Assembly (NCBI RefSeq): GCF_964213995.1 | Contig: NC_135819.1 | Span: forward strand, 34,348,001 to 34,412,000 | From: Mustelus asterias | Lineage: Eukaryota | DNA: 64,000 nt | Direction: 5' to 3' | Part shown: positions 51,506-64,000 of the stretch, piece by piece | How positions within the stretch are numbered: the first letter of the stretch is position 1 | Layout: every line of letters starts with the position of its first letter | The notes under the pieces: generated by a model | Told to the model about the DNA's origin: nothing | What the model saw: only the letters and a program-made list of their open reading frames with translations | Database searches by the model: none | Program-made: the position numbers and the translations under genes

Positions 51506-52086
51506 GTTAGTGAAGTCACATCGTATCCACTTCAGTTTGAAGAGTTTTGAAAGGAAAGAGTTCGTGTTGTATCTTTCATGGCCTGAGGGCATCCCAAATT
51601 ACTTTACAGCCAATGAAGTAAACCCTCGTGTCGTCACTGCTGTCTGAAGGAAGTGCAGCAGTCAGTCTGCGCAATGTAAGCTCCCACCAATGGCAGTGAG
51701 ACAGGACGGCACAGTGGTTAACACTGCTGCCTCTTAGCGCCAGGAACCTGGGTTCGGATTCCCGGCTTGGGTCAGTGTCTATGTGGAGTCTGCACGTTGC
51801 TGGAGGGTTTAGAATTGGATGCTCATGAGGCCAGGGAGGAGTGGAGATCTTGGAGGGTTATAGGGCTGGAGTAGGGAAGAGAGATAGGGAGGGTCAAGAC
51901 ATGGAATGTCAAGGCACAAATGGGTTTGAAAATCAGGATGAAACATTTAGAATTGAGGTACGATGGAGCAATAGTGCTTAACAAGTTGCTACCACCCTGC
52001 CCCAAATGTTTTTTTAAATCTTGCATGTTGCATCAGATATAGGACTCAAAAGTTGCACATCTGTATGCATTTGAAGCGGTTCTGAT

Positions 52087-52385
52087 GGGCAGCCTGGTGG
52101 CACAGGGGTTAGCACAGAGCCAGGGACCTGGGTTTGATTCCCGGCCTGGGTCACACAGTCTGCGTGGAGTCTGCACGTTCTCCCTGTGTCTGATGGGTTT
52201 CCCCCAGATGCTCTGGTTTCCTCCCACAGTCCGAAAGACGTGCTGGTTAGGTGTATGTATTGGCCATGCTAAATTCTCCTGAACGGGCGCCGGAGTATGG
52301 TGACTAGGGGACTTTCACAGTAACTTCATTGCAGTGTTAATGTAAGCCTATTTGTGACGCTCTAATAATAAATAAACTTTAAACT
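52087..52385 (+). mobile_element. HE1-like V-SINE, type b tail
   Basis: Match to other copies. Confidence 0.8.
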
Positions 52386-54088
52386 GAAAGGAAGGCTGAG
52401 GGGTGACCTAATAGAAATTTTTTAAATGAAAAGTTTTGGTAGGGTGGGTAGGGAAAGAATGTTATCTCTTTCAAGGAAGAACATAATTAGAAACCATCAA
52501 TATAGGATAGTCACCAAGAAATAGGGAATTCAGAAGAAACTTCTTCACTCAAAGAGTGTTGAGAATGTGGAACTTGAAACAAGTAGAAAAGATTGCATTA
52601 AGGGGAAGTTGGACAAGCACATGAGGGCGAAGGGAATCTGGAGTTATGATGGTAGATTTAATTGAGAAAAGATGGGAGGAGGCTCGGGTGGAGCAGAAAC
52701 ACTGGCATGAACACTGAATGGCCTGTTTTTGTGCCATATATCCTGTGTGATATAGTGTAGTAGGTCAAGGGATAAATGTTGGTCAGTACGTCTTCAAACA
52801 GTGATACAGGAGACCTTAATGTCCACCTGAGAGGGCAGATGTGGCCTCAGTTTAATGTCTCCTCTGAATGTGCTGAACTAGGGTGCCAACCTACACTATA
52901 TACTCAAATCTCAGGGAGGGAACTTGAGCCCACAACCTTCTGACTCATAGGAGGGAGTGGCGCTGACACCCCAACTTCAAAGCTCAGTTTAAGATCACCT
53001 CATTTTTAATTGCGAGCCCATTTTAGACTATCTGCCAGCAGTTGCTTTCAAATGGGAGTGTTGAATTGATTCTAGTTGTAAGGAATGGTTTGAATATTTA
53101 GGGTCAGGGAGGGATAAGATACAGGCATCTGAGTTGATTTCAAAATTATGAAGGGTTTGGTTCAAGGAAAGATGGTTTCAGCTGACTGATCTATCAGTGG
53201 CAAAGGGGACATAGTTTCGGGAATAGCATCAGAAGAATAAAGGGGGCGGGGGGCGGGAGTGGCGCGGTGGCCTCAGAAGGTTGGAAGTGCACAGCATACA
53301 AAATTCGACAGCGGGGAATGACCAATCCCCCCAAAACCACCACCACGTTGTCTGTAATGATGGCAAGACAAGAGTAGAAATCATGTGGCAACAGGCTGCT
53401 GCAAGGGACTCAAGGAGATGGTTCCCCGCAGTCTGGTAAGCAGTTCAGTCCTTCTCCCTACTGACCCACAAGGAAAGCTATTAAAAGAAAATATATATAC
53501 TTACCGCTTTTTCTCTACCGGGCCTGCACCATGATATACCACATTTCCCTGGAGACCCCAGTTCCTGGTGTCAGAGATGTTATGAGTAAATCCTGTTGGG
53601 GCTCTGAATGTCACCTTTTGCATTTCAAGGATGCCCTCGCACTCTGGACTGAGCCCCACCTGTAAAGCAGGGTGACGTCACCATGCACAGGCAGCATGGT
53701 GGTAGGGGACAGCACGGTGGTTAGCAATGTGCCGTGTCTGTGTTGGTTTCCTCTGGGTGATCTGGTTTCCTGCCAGTGATGTGCAGGTAAGGAGGATTGG
53801 CCATGCTACATTGCCCCTTCGTGTCCCAAGATGTGTAGGTTAGTTGGGATAGCAGTGGTAATGCGCAGGGTCATGGTTATTGGTTGGGGGGGGGTTACGA
53901 TCCTCTTTCAGAGAGTCACTGCAGACTCGATGGGCCGAATTGCTTCCTTCTGCACTCTAGGGATTCTGTGGCTATTGTGAGTAGGATACTGCTTCGATTT
54001 TAAATCCCTGCATGTCCTGTTCTCTTTGAGCTTGTTTGGGAGCGCGAGTGCGATTTCAAATAACCATTTGTGTTTCCACAAGCTGCTT

Positions 54089-54392
54089 GGGGCAGCACGG
54101 TGGCACAGTGGTTAGCTCTGCTGCCTCACAGCGTCACGGACCCAGTTTTAATTCCTGCTTTGGGTCGTTGTCTGTGTGAAGTCTGCACATTTTCCCCATG
54201 TCTGCGTGGGTTTCCTCTGGTTTCCTGCCACAGTCCAAAAGACCTGCTGGTTAGGTGCATTGGCCGTGTTAAACTCTCTCTCCGTGTACCCGAACAGGTG
54301 CCAGAGTGTGGCGACTAGGGGAATTTCACAGTAACTTCATTACAGTGTTAATGTAAGCCTTACTTGTGACACTAATAAATAAACTTTACTTT
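54089..54392 (+). mobile_element. HE1-like V-SINE, type b tail
   Basis: Match to other copies. Confidence 0.85.
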
Positions 54393-55445
54393 GTATTAAT
54401 TTGAACTTCTTGAAACCTTAAGTTCCACAAGTCTCTTACCAAGGCTGGGTTTTTTTCGAATAGACAAGTGATGCTGAAGAAAATTCCTCACCTCTGATCT
54501 GTAGTCACCAGGGGAGCTGAAAGTCCTGTAATAATTGGGACTTGGCTTTCACCCAAATACAACCTCAAAATCAGCATGGTGAATGTTACAGCTTTATGTC
54601 GAGCGTTGCACAATGTGTATCAGGAATGCGGGTGTGACTTTTTTATTTTTCCAACCACCTTTTGTTATTGAGTAAAGATTAGAGCTTCTGCCACAAGGCA
54701 GCATATGATGGCAGTACATGCTGGGATCTCGATTGAGATCAACGCAAGCGCATGCTGTCTTGTATTGGCCCATTAAACTTAATGGGTGGAAATTCACATC
54801 AGGGCGCACTGGTCAGTCAGTATATTCACGATAGACGCACTCACTGTGAAACTGCGTGTCCAGAGGGCGGTATCACGTGTACAATAAAATATACATTGCA
54901 CTGCCTTGCAAGAATATTTTGTGCAGATTAAAAATCACTTGATGCGTGAGGAATGGCTGAACAGAAAAGACGATTTCACTTGTCAAAAAATTGACCAATG
55001 TGAATGATGAAAATAGAATAAACTAATATGGAAATGATGATCTTTCCCTTTGGACAAATCGAATGCTTTGACGTCAATGGATTATTGTTGAGGTTTGTTA
55101 ATATGTAGGAAAATGTAGTGGCTAATTGACACAAAGATCCCACAAAGAGCAAATGAATAACTAAATGAGCTGTTTTTGGTAGAGATAGTTAAGGGAAGAA
55201 TATTGGCCAGAATGCTGCTTCTTCTGTATATCATAGGATTGTTTACATTCACCTGGGGGTAGATTCTTGGTTTCGTGTCTTATCTGAAATATGGCACCTC
55301 CAGCAAAGCCGCACACTCCAGTGCTGAGCTATCAGTCTAAATTATGTTCTTAGGTCTGTAGGAGGACTTGAAGTCACAGCCTTCTAACTCAGAATTGAGA
55401 ATGCTACTGCGAACTGAGCTAAGCCAACTTGTAATAACTAGTAAA

Positions 55446-55760
55446 TAGAATCCCTACAGTGCAGAAGAAGGCCATTCAGCCCATCGAGCCTGCACCGACA
55501 ACAATCCCACCCAAGCCTTATCCCCATAACCCCACGGATTTACCCTGCTAATCCCCTGACACTAAGGGACAATTTACCATGACCAATCCGCCTAACCTGC
55601 ACATCTTTGGGCAGTGGGAGGAAACCGGAGCACCCGGAGGAAACCCACGCAGACACAGGGAGAACATGCAAACTCCACACAGACAGTGGCCCAAGGCTGG
55701 AATTGAACCCGGGTCCCTGGCGCTGTGAGGTAACAGTGTTAACCACTGTGGACCATGCCG
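55446..55760 (-). mobile_element. HE1-like V-SINE, CR1-type tail
   Basis: Match to other copies. Confidence 0.85.
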
Positions 55761-55838
55761 TCAATTGCTGCCCAAAGGGCCAAAGAAGTGCTTTATACAC
55801 ATTCAAAAATATTAGTTATCCATATAGATACAAAGATG

Positions 55839-55994
55839 AAAGCAAAATACTGCAGATGCTGGAATCTGAAACAAAAACAGAAAGTGCTGGAAAATCTCAG
55901 CAGATCTGACAACATCTGTGGGGAGGGAATAGAGCTCTGTTCTTTCCCCATAGAGTCTGTCAGACCTGCTGAGATTTTCCAGCACTTTCTGTTT
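55839..55994. mobile_element. Second-family fold-back element (probably PLE-derived)
   Basis: ~60-bp imperfect inverted arms centred on agagctct (55931-55938), ~35-nt unpaired tail, 14-bp TSD tagatacaaagatg at 55825-55838 and 55995-56008. Confidence 0.8.
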
Positions 55995-56122
55995 TAGATA
56001 CAAAGATGTTTGGCTGTTTGCTAGGTTGAAAGTTTATATGTAAAACTTTAACATTTCTGATATGTGAATACTGAAAAAGATGGTTATTATTTTGAGGTTA
56101 ACACTGATGGTTTACTAAGTGA

Positions 56123-56440
<318 letters not shown>

Positions 56441-56557
56441 TAACATTTTGAGTCAGTTGTTTTTCATTCAAATCATTTTTTCCTTTTATCTTGCTTCACA
56501 CTGTTTGTTTTTAAATAGTAACTGCTGCTCACTTGAGGGAAGCTGGCTTGGTAAAGT

Positions 56558-56965
56558 TATAAAATGTATTTATATAGCACCTCTCAGATATCCCTAAATG
56601 TTTCATAGCCAATGAATTAATTTTGAAGTAGTCATTCTCCTTATACAGGCAAATTTAACTAATTTATGCGCAGCAAGGTCTCTCAAACAGCAAACAACAC
56701 CAAATTACGTGTTTGTGATGTTGGCCAGGACATTGACAGAATTTTCCTGCACTGCTTTGAAGGGTACCAAGGAATCTTTTGCACTCACCTGATCAGACAG
56801 GTGGGCTCTCTGTTGAAAGACCCATCCGAAAGAAGCACCTCCGACAATGCTGCATTTCCTCACTATTAGTCTGAAGTGATTAAGCTCAAGTTCTTCAAGT
56901 GAGGTCTTAGTCTACCGCCTTCTGATTTGGAAGTGAGAGTGTTACCATTGACCTAAGTTGACATA
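56558..56965 (-). mobile_element. SacSINE1-like Deu-domain SINE (others at ~55100-55430, ~52760-52970, ~51550-51700, ~60975-61110)
   Basis: catccgaaagaagcacctccgacaatgctgca Deu-like core and atttatatagc tail. Confidence 0.72.
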
Positions 56966-57057
56966 GAACAGCTGAGAGCCAGCAGTGTGAAGTAAATGAG
57001 TCTAATTCTATAAGTTATTATTCTCGGTGGCTGGAATGATTTTGTCCTTTACAGTTA

Positions 57058-58009
57058 TAAAGAACAAAGAAAATTACAGCACAGGAACAGGCCCTTCGGC
57101 CCTCCAAGTCTGCTCCCACCATGCTGCCCGACTGAACTAAAACCCCCTACCCATCCAGGGACCATATCCCTCTATTCCCATCCTATTCTTTATTTGTCAA
57201 GATGCCCCTTAAAAGTCACTACCATATCCGCTTCCACTACCTCCCCTGGCAACGAGTTCCAGGCACCCACTACTCTCTGTGAAAAATCTGCCTCGTACAT
57301 CTCTTTTAAACCTTGCCCCTCACACCTTAAACCTATGCCCCAAAGTAATTGACTCTTCCACCCTGGGAAAAAGCTTCTGACTATCCACTCTGTCCATGTC
57401 TCTCATAATCTTGTAGACTTCTTTCAGGTCGCCCCTCAACCTCCATCGTTCCAGTGAGAATAAACCAAGTTTCTCCAACCTCTCCTCATAGCTAATGCCC
57501 TCCATACCAGGCAACATCCTGGTAAATCTTTTCTGTACCCTCTCCAAAGCCTCCACATCTTTATGGTAGTGTGGCGACCAGAATTGAACACTATATTCCA
57601 AGTGCGGCCTAACTAGGGTTCTATAAAGCTGCAACATGACTTGTTAATTTTTAAACTCAATGCTCCGGCCGATGAAGGCAAGCATGCCGTATGCCTTCTT
57701 GACTACCTTCTCCACTAGCATTGCCACTTTCAGTGACCTGTGTACCTGTGCATCCAGATCCCTTTGCCTATCAATACTCTTAAGGGTTCTGCCATTTACT
57801 GTATATTTCCTATCTGTATTAGACCTTCCAAAATGCATTACCTCACATTTGTCCGGATTAAACTCCATCTGCCATCTCTCTGCCCAAGTCTCCAACTGAT
57901 CTATATCCTGCTGTATCCTCTGATGGTCCTCATCGCTATCCGCAAATCCACCAACCTTTGTGTCGTCCGCAAACTTACTAATCAAACCAGTTACATTTTC
58001 CTCCAAATC

Positions 58010-58040
<31 letters not shown>

Positions 58041-60190
58041 ACAAACAGCAAAGGTCCCCGCACTGATCCCTGAGGAACGCCACTTGTCACAGCCCTCCAT
58101 TCAGAAACACACCCTTTCACTGCTACCCTCTGTCTTCTTTGACCGAGCCAGTTTTGTATCCACCTTGCCAGTTCACCTCTGATCCCATGTGACTTCACCT
58201 TCTGCACCAGTCTGCAGTGGGGGACCTTGTCAAAGGCCTTTTACTGAAGTCCATGGAGACAACATCCACTGCCCTACCCTCATTAATCATCTTTGTCACT
58301 TCCTCGAAAAACTCGATCAAGTTCGTGAGACATGACCTCCCCTTCACAAAACCATGTTGCCTCTCACTAATACGTCCACTTATTTCTAAGTGGGAATAAA
58401 TCCTGTCTCAAAGGATCCTCTCCAATAATTTCCCTACCACTGATGTAAGGCTCACCGGCCTATAATTACATGGATTATTCTTGCTACCCTTCTTAAACAA
58501 AGGAACAACATTGGCTATTCTCCAATCCTCTGGGACCTCCCCTATAGTGGAGATGCCGGCGTTGGACTGGGGTAAGCACAGTAAGAAGTCTCACAACACC
58601 AGGTTAAAGTCCACCAGGTTTATTTGGTAGCACAAGCCACAAGCTGCTCCTTCATCAGGTGAGTGGGAGTTCTGTTCACAAACAGGGCATATAAAGACAC
58701 AAATTCAATTTCCAAAATAATGGTTGGAATGTGAGTCTATACAGGTAATCAAGTCTTAAAGGTACAGACAATGTGAGTAGAGAAAGGGTTAAGCACAGGT
58801 TAAAGAGATGTGTATTGTCTCCAGCCAGGACAGTTAGTGAGATTTTGCAAGCCCAGGCAAGTCGTGAGGGTTACAGATGGTGTGACATGAACTCAGGATC
58901 CCGGTTGAGGCCGTCCTCATGTGTGCGGAACTTGGCTATCAGTTTCTGCTCAGCGATTCTGCGTTGTCGTGAAGGCCGCCTTGGAGAACGCTCACCTGAA
59001 GATCAGAGGCTGAATGCCCGTGACTGCTGAAGTGTTCCCCAACAGTGATAGCCAAGTTCCGCACACATGAGGACGGCCTCAACCGGGATCCTGGGTTCAT
59101 GTCACACTTTAACCTCTCTCCACTCACATTGTCTGTACCTTTAAGACTTGATTACCTGTAAAGACTCCCATTCCAACCATTATTTTGTAAATTGAGTTTG
59201 TGTCTATATATGCCCTGTTGGTGAACAGAACTCCCACTCCACCTGATGAAGGGGCAGCACTCCGAAAGCTATTGGCTTTTGCTACCAAATAAACCTGTTG
59301 GACTTTAACCTGGTGTTGTGAGACTTCTTACTGTGACCTCCCCTGTAGCCAGTGAGGATGCAAAGATTTCTCTCCAGGTCCCAGCATTTTCCTCCCTTGC
59401 CTGTCTCAGTATTCTGGGGTATATCCTATCAGGCCCTGGGGACTTGTCTACCTTAATGTTTCTCAAGAACCCTAATACCACCTCCTTTTTGATCTCAACA
59501 TGACTCAAACTATCTACACATCCTTTCCCAGACTCATCATCCACCAAGTCCTTCTCTTTGGTGAATACTGACACAAAGTACTCATTTAATACCTCGCCCA
59601 TTTCCTCTGGCTCCACGCATAGATTCCCTCCCCTGTCCTTGAGTGGGCCAACCCTCTCCCTGGCTACCCTCTTGCTCTTTACATATGTGTAAAAAGCCTT
59701 GGGATTTTCCTTAATCCTGCTGGCCAATGCTTTTTCGTGACCTCTTTTAGCCCTCCTTACTCCTTGCTTAAGTTTCTTTTCTACTTTCCTTGTATTCCAC
59801 ACTTGCTTCATGTATTCCCAGCCTCCCAGCTTTGACAAATGCTTCCTTTTTCTCTTTAACTAAGCTCACAATATCTCTCGTTATCCAAGGTTCCCAAAAC
59901 TTGCCATACTTATCCTTCATCCTTACAGGAATGTGCCGTTCCTGAATCCCTATCAACTTACACTTGAAAGCCTCCCACATACCAGATGTTGATTTGCCCT
60001 CAAACATCTGTACCCAATCTACATTCTTCAGTTCCTGCCTAATATTGTTGTAATTAGCCTTCCCCCAATTTAGCACCTTAACTTGAGGATTACACTTATC
60101 TTTATCCATCAGTACCTTAAAACTTACTGAATTGTGGTCACTGTTCCCGAACTGCTCCCCTACTGAAACATCGACCACCTGGCTGGGCTC
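57058..60190 (-). mobile_element. ~2.3-kb CR1 LINE (endonuclease end to 3' UTR) interrupted by a PLE
   Basis: ORFs 59768..60178 (SDHN), 59305..59838, 57644..58207 and 57320..57637 are collinear CR1 ORF2 pieces. Confidence 0.93.
58548..59334. mobile_element. Fold-back PLE (inverted 3' ends) inserted in the CR1
   Basis: Left arm minus (includes VGEHFSSHGHSASDL), right arm plus; TSD gacctcccct(a/g)tag at 58534-58547 and 59335-59348. Confidence 0.9.
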
Positions 60191-60325
60191 ATAGGTTCTA
60201 TAAAGAAATTGGTTTAGGTTGGAGGGTCACAGTTATTTTTTTTTTTTAACTGGTCGGTGCAACATCGTGGGCCGAAGGGCCTGTTCTGCGCTGTAATGTT
60301 CTATGTTCTATGTTCTATTACCCAA

Positions 60326-60738
60326 TGATGTGGAGATGCCGGCATTGGACTGGGGTAAACACAGTAAGAAGTCTAACAACACCAGGTTAAAGTCCAACAG
60401 GTTTATTTGGTAGCAAACACCACTAGCTTTCGGAGCGCTGCTCCTTCATCAGGTGGAGTGGGAGATCTGCTCACAAACAGGGCATACAGAGACACACACT
60501 CAATTTACAGAATAATGATTGGAATGCGATTCTTTACAGCTAATCAAGTCTTAAAGGTACAGACAATGTGAGTGGAGAGAGCATGAAGCACAGGTCAAAG
60601 AGATGTGTATTGTCTCCAGACAGGACAGCTAGTGAGATTTTGCAAGTCCAGGCAAGTTGTGGGGGTTACAGATAGTGTGACATGAACCCAAGATCCCGGT
60701 TGAGGCCGTCCTTGTGTGTGCAGAACTTGGCTATCAGT
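60326..60738 (-). mobile_element. Single-arm PLE 3' end/pLTR
   Basis: Same family as above; intact hammerhead core at ~60420-60455. Confidence 0.87.
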
Positions 60739-60861
60739 TACAAATGTAACTAAAAGATTTTAAGTTGACCAAAAGTTATTGTAATGTGGATTTTTACAAA
60801 TTGCTAAAGGTGGGGGAGAAAAGCGGTTGAATTGGAAATAATTGCTGATTTCTTCAATTAG

Positions 60862-60968
60862 GATTCACTCTGGTAATCTGTCCATTAATCTCGCTGATGG
60901 AGGATCAACTAATGGTCCTAGAACAATTAGGCATCCCATCTGCCATGCTGAATTTCAACAGCACTAAG
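60862..60968 (+). CDS. RECQL: RECQL coding exon 4 (motif Ia: [36 protein letters not shown])
   Basis: 107 nt, tag acceptor, gtaaga donor; not in the ORF track; the gene continues beyond the window. Confidence 0.96.
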
Positions 60969-61134
60969 GTAAGAAAGAGAAAGCTTGTGTTTACATATTG
61001 CCTTTCACATGCTTAGGACATCCTGAAGTGCTTCACAGCCCATGAATTACTTTAGGGTACAGCCAGATTACATGCCAAATCCCACAAAGAAGCAATGAGG
61101 TAAGGGGCCAGATTGTGCCGTAGAAATAAAGGTA

Positions 61135-61765
61135 ATTGTAGATGGAGTTTAATCCGGACAAATGTGAGGTAATGCATTTTGGAAGGTCCTGTGCATGTAG
61201 GAATTATGCAGTAAATGGTAAAACCCTTAGGAGTATTGACGTGTAGAGAGATCTGGGTGTACATGTCCACCGATCACTGATAGTGGCAATGCAGGTGGAT
61301 AAGGTAGTCAAGAAGGCACATGGCATGCTTGCCTTTATCATTCAGGGCATTGAGTATAAAAATTGGCAGGTCATGCTGCAGTTGTACAGAATCTTAGGTA
61401 GTCCTCATTTGGAATATTGTGTACAATTCTGCTCGCCACACCATCAGAAGGATGTGAATGCTTTGGAGAGGGTACAGAAGAGGTTTACTAGGATGTTTCC
61501 AGGTCTGGAGGGTATTAGCTATGAGGAGAGGTTGGATAAATTCGGTTTGTTCTCACTGGAACAACAGAGGTTGAGGGGTGACCTGATAGAGGTTTACAAG
61601 ATGGCGGAATTTAAGGGGCGTCTCGACAAATACATGAATAGCATGGGAACGGAAGGATATGGACTCCGTAAATGCATATGGTTTTAGTTCAGGCAGGCAT
61701 CATGATCGGCGCAGGCTTGGAGGGCCAAACGGCCTGTTCCTATGCTGTACTGTTGTTTGCTCTAA
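61135..61765 (+). mobile_element. CR1 3' fragment with internal deletion
   Basis: ORF 61283..61687 encodes the RT C-terminus. Confidence 0.88.
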
Positions 61766-63139
61766 TGCCAACAATTGCTCAATGTTATTAAAGTGTAAAT
61801 CGAACTACATGTGTGGTTAAACGAGAAAATCATAAAGTTGCTCCCCGAGCTTCACTTCAGGAAGCTTTGCTACATCGGTATCTTGCTGAAAGATTCCAGA
61901 TGGAAACATGTGGAATATCACCTCTGTATTGCATGATAGATAGATCAGTATAAGTACCCTTTTTAATGGCATGATGAATCGTAACTGGCTGCTGAACAAC
62001 CTCTCTGGCTCTGAAAATCCTGAAAATTACAAATGTGGACTTTCATTCCTTATTATTTTAACTATTTAGCGATTTACTAAAAGGGTTTAAATTAAAAATG
62101 GTTTACTTTTCTATCGTTCTACTTCTCTTAATTTAGTCCTTTTTCTTTGTCTCTGCTTTTTACATTGATTTCACATTGAATTACAGATTCTGACACAATG
62201 TACTGATTATTCCGCAATGTACTTTGACAATACATCCACCTTGTTGGCTAAGGAGGGACACAGTTGCTTGCCCTGCTCACACATGCCCTAGATTTTCCCT
62301 GGAGGACACAGTGATTTTGGGAAAATTGAGTGACACAAACTTACAATGCAAAAGCACATACAAGTCTATGGGCAACTGCAGACATAATAAACGGTTGCGT
62401 TGTTAGTTCACTGCTAACCGCTATGCTTTATTGATGTTGGCTGAGAGGCAAACTTTGACAAGGACATTGGAATAGTCCACTGCTTTTCTCCCAATAGAAC
62501 CATGCAATCTTTTACATCCATTGAAAATGAAATGCATTTTGAGGAGTTGGTTATCTTTGTAACAAATTACAAATGTTAAGAATTGTTTTCATGAGATGAG
62601 CAATGTTGTTAGGCTGAGTGTCAGGAGTGGAGATGCTGGCAAACCTTGCTGTGATTGTATTTTTACTCTTTTTTTAAGTGTAACCCTCTAGCATACCCTT
62701 GCCAAAATTTGAACCAGCCTCATTTGTGTAAGGGCAGTTTCAGCGTGCCTCCTTTCCAATTATGTTTTCCTATTTTCCTTGACTGGCTCTTCTACCTATG
62801 GACCTTAGTCCAAAACAATGTCATCACCTGTGACTGACACTTGCACACAATCATTTAAATGAATCTGACCTGGTCTTAGAGTCATAGACGTTTGCAGCAT
62901 GGAAACAAGCCCTTCGGCCCAACTTGTCCATGCCGCCCGGTTTTTACCACTAAGCTCGTCCCAATTGTCCGCTGTGTTCTTATTGGTCTGTCCCTCTCTT
63001 ATTTTTTTCTTTTTGTAGGCTGCATAGTGTGTACCATGATATGCAAATGCCATACATAAACCACTATTCTCTCTCTTTTGCTAATGTCACAAGTTGCTGA
63101 TCAAAGCAGGCATCATGCTTGTCAAGATTCAGACTGTGC

Positions 63140-63490
63140 CATAGAATTCTTACAGTACAAAGAAGCCATTTGGCCCATCGAGTCGGCACCGACCCTCGAA
63201 AGAGCATCCCACCCAGACCCTCCCCTCCGCCCTATCCTTGTATCCCCATGCATTTACCATGGATAATACACATAACATACCCATGTTTGGACAATAACTG
63301 GCAATCTAGTATGGTCAATCAACCTAATCCGCACTCCTTTAGACTGTGAGAGGAAACTGGAGCACCTGGAGAAAACACACACACACACTGGGAGAACGTG
63401 CAAACCCCACACAGACAGTGATCCAAGCCGGGAATCGAACCCTGGCGCTGTGAGGGAGCAGTGCTAACCACTGTGCCACCGTGCTGCCCC
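63140..63490 (-). mobile_element. HE1-like V-SINE, CR1-type tail
   Basis: Match to other copies. Confidence 0.82.
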
Positions 63491-63704
63491 TAGAAGGAAA
63501 AAACAGTATCAGATTCAGAGTGAAGTATCGTGTGATAATCTAACACCGTGTCTTCATTGCGTGTCTGTTTCCAGTTGTAAACAAATATTTTCTGCAGTTA
63601 ACGGTATGAGACATAATCACAGCAGCCTTGCACCACCTTCATAGGATATTCTTTTCAGAATCTTTCAGGCTGGTCCAGTGGCATTGCTATTTGAGTTTAA
63701 CCCA

Positions 63705-63986
63705 AAGTTAAACGTTTATTTATTAGTCACAAGTAAGGCTTACATTAACACTGCAATGAAATTACTGTGAAATTCCCCTAGTCGCCACACTCCGGCGCCT
63801 GTTTGGGTCAATGCACCCTAACCAGCACGTCTTTCAGAATGTGAGAGGAAACCGGAGCACTCTGAGGAAACCACGCAGTCACGGGGAGAACATACAAATT
63901 CCACACAGCGACCCAAGCCAGGAATCAAACCCGGGTCCCTGGCGCTGCGAAGCAGCAGTGCTAACCACTGTGCCACCACGCTGCCC
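63705..63986 (-). mobile_element. HE1-like V-SINE, type b tail
   Basis: Match to other copies. Confidence 0.85.
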
Positions 63987-64000
63987 TGCGGTTGACAATT

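Noticed and set aside
61000-64000. Next RECQL exon (YVTPEK motif)
   Set aside because: Not found; presumably downstream of the window

Overview
Vertebrate genomic DNA, almost certainly from a shark. The evidence is HE1-type V-SINEs, SacSINE1-like Deu-SINEs, CR1 and Rex1 LINEs, and Penelope-like elements (PLEs). Two genes lie head-to-head around a CpG-island promoter at ~44.6-45.7 kb. GOLT1B is complete on the minus strand (5 coding exons, 138 aa). RECQL is on the plus strand; four coding exons are present and the gene runs off the right end. Most other sequence is transposon-derived, and almost every long ORF in the track is a TE remnant or spurious. Three features stand out: (1) several fold-back PLE insertions with 11-14 bp target-site duplications, minimal hammerhead-ribozyme cores and ~35-40 nt unpaired tails, one being a perfect 208-bp palindrome in GOLT1B intron 1; (2) a ~50-bp-period array of PBX/PKNOX-decamer plus CCAAT modules in the shared promoter; (3) one V-SINE body carrying two different LINE-like tails. 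I found no clearly new gene system. Family names and human comparisons are from recall, not from database searches.
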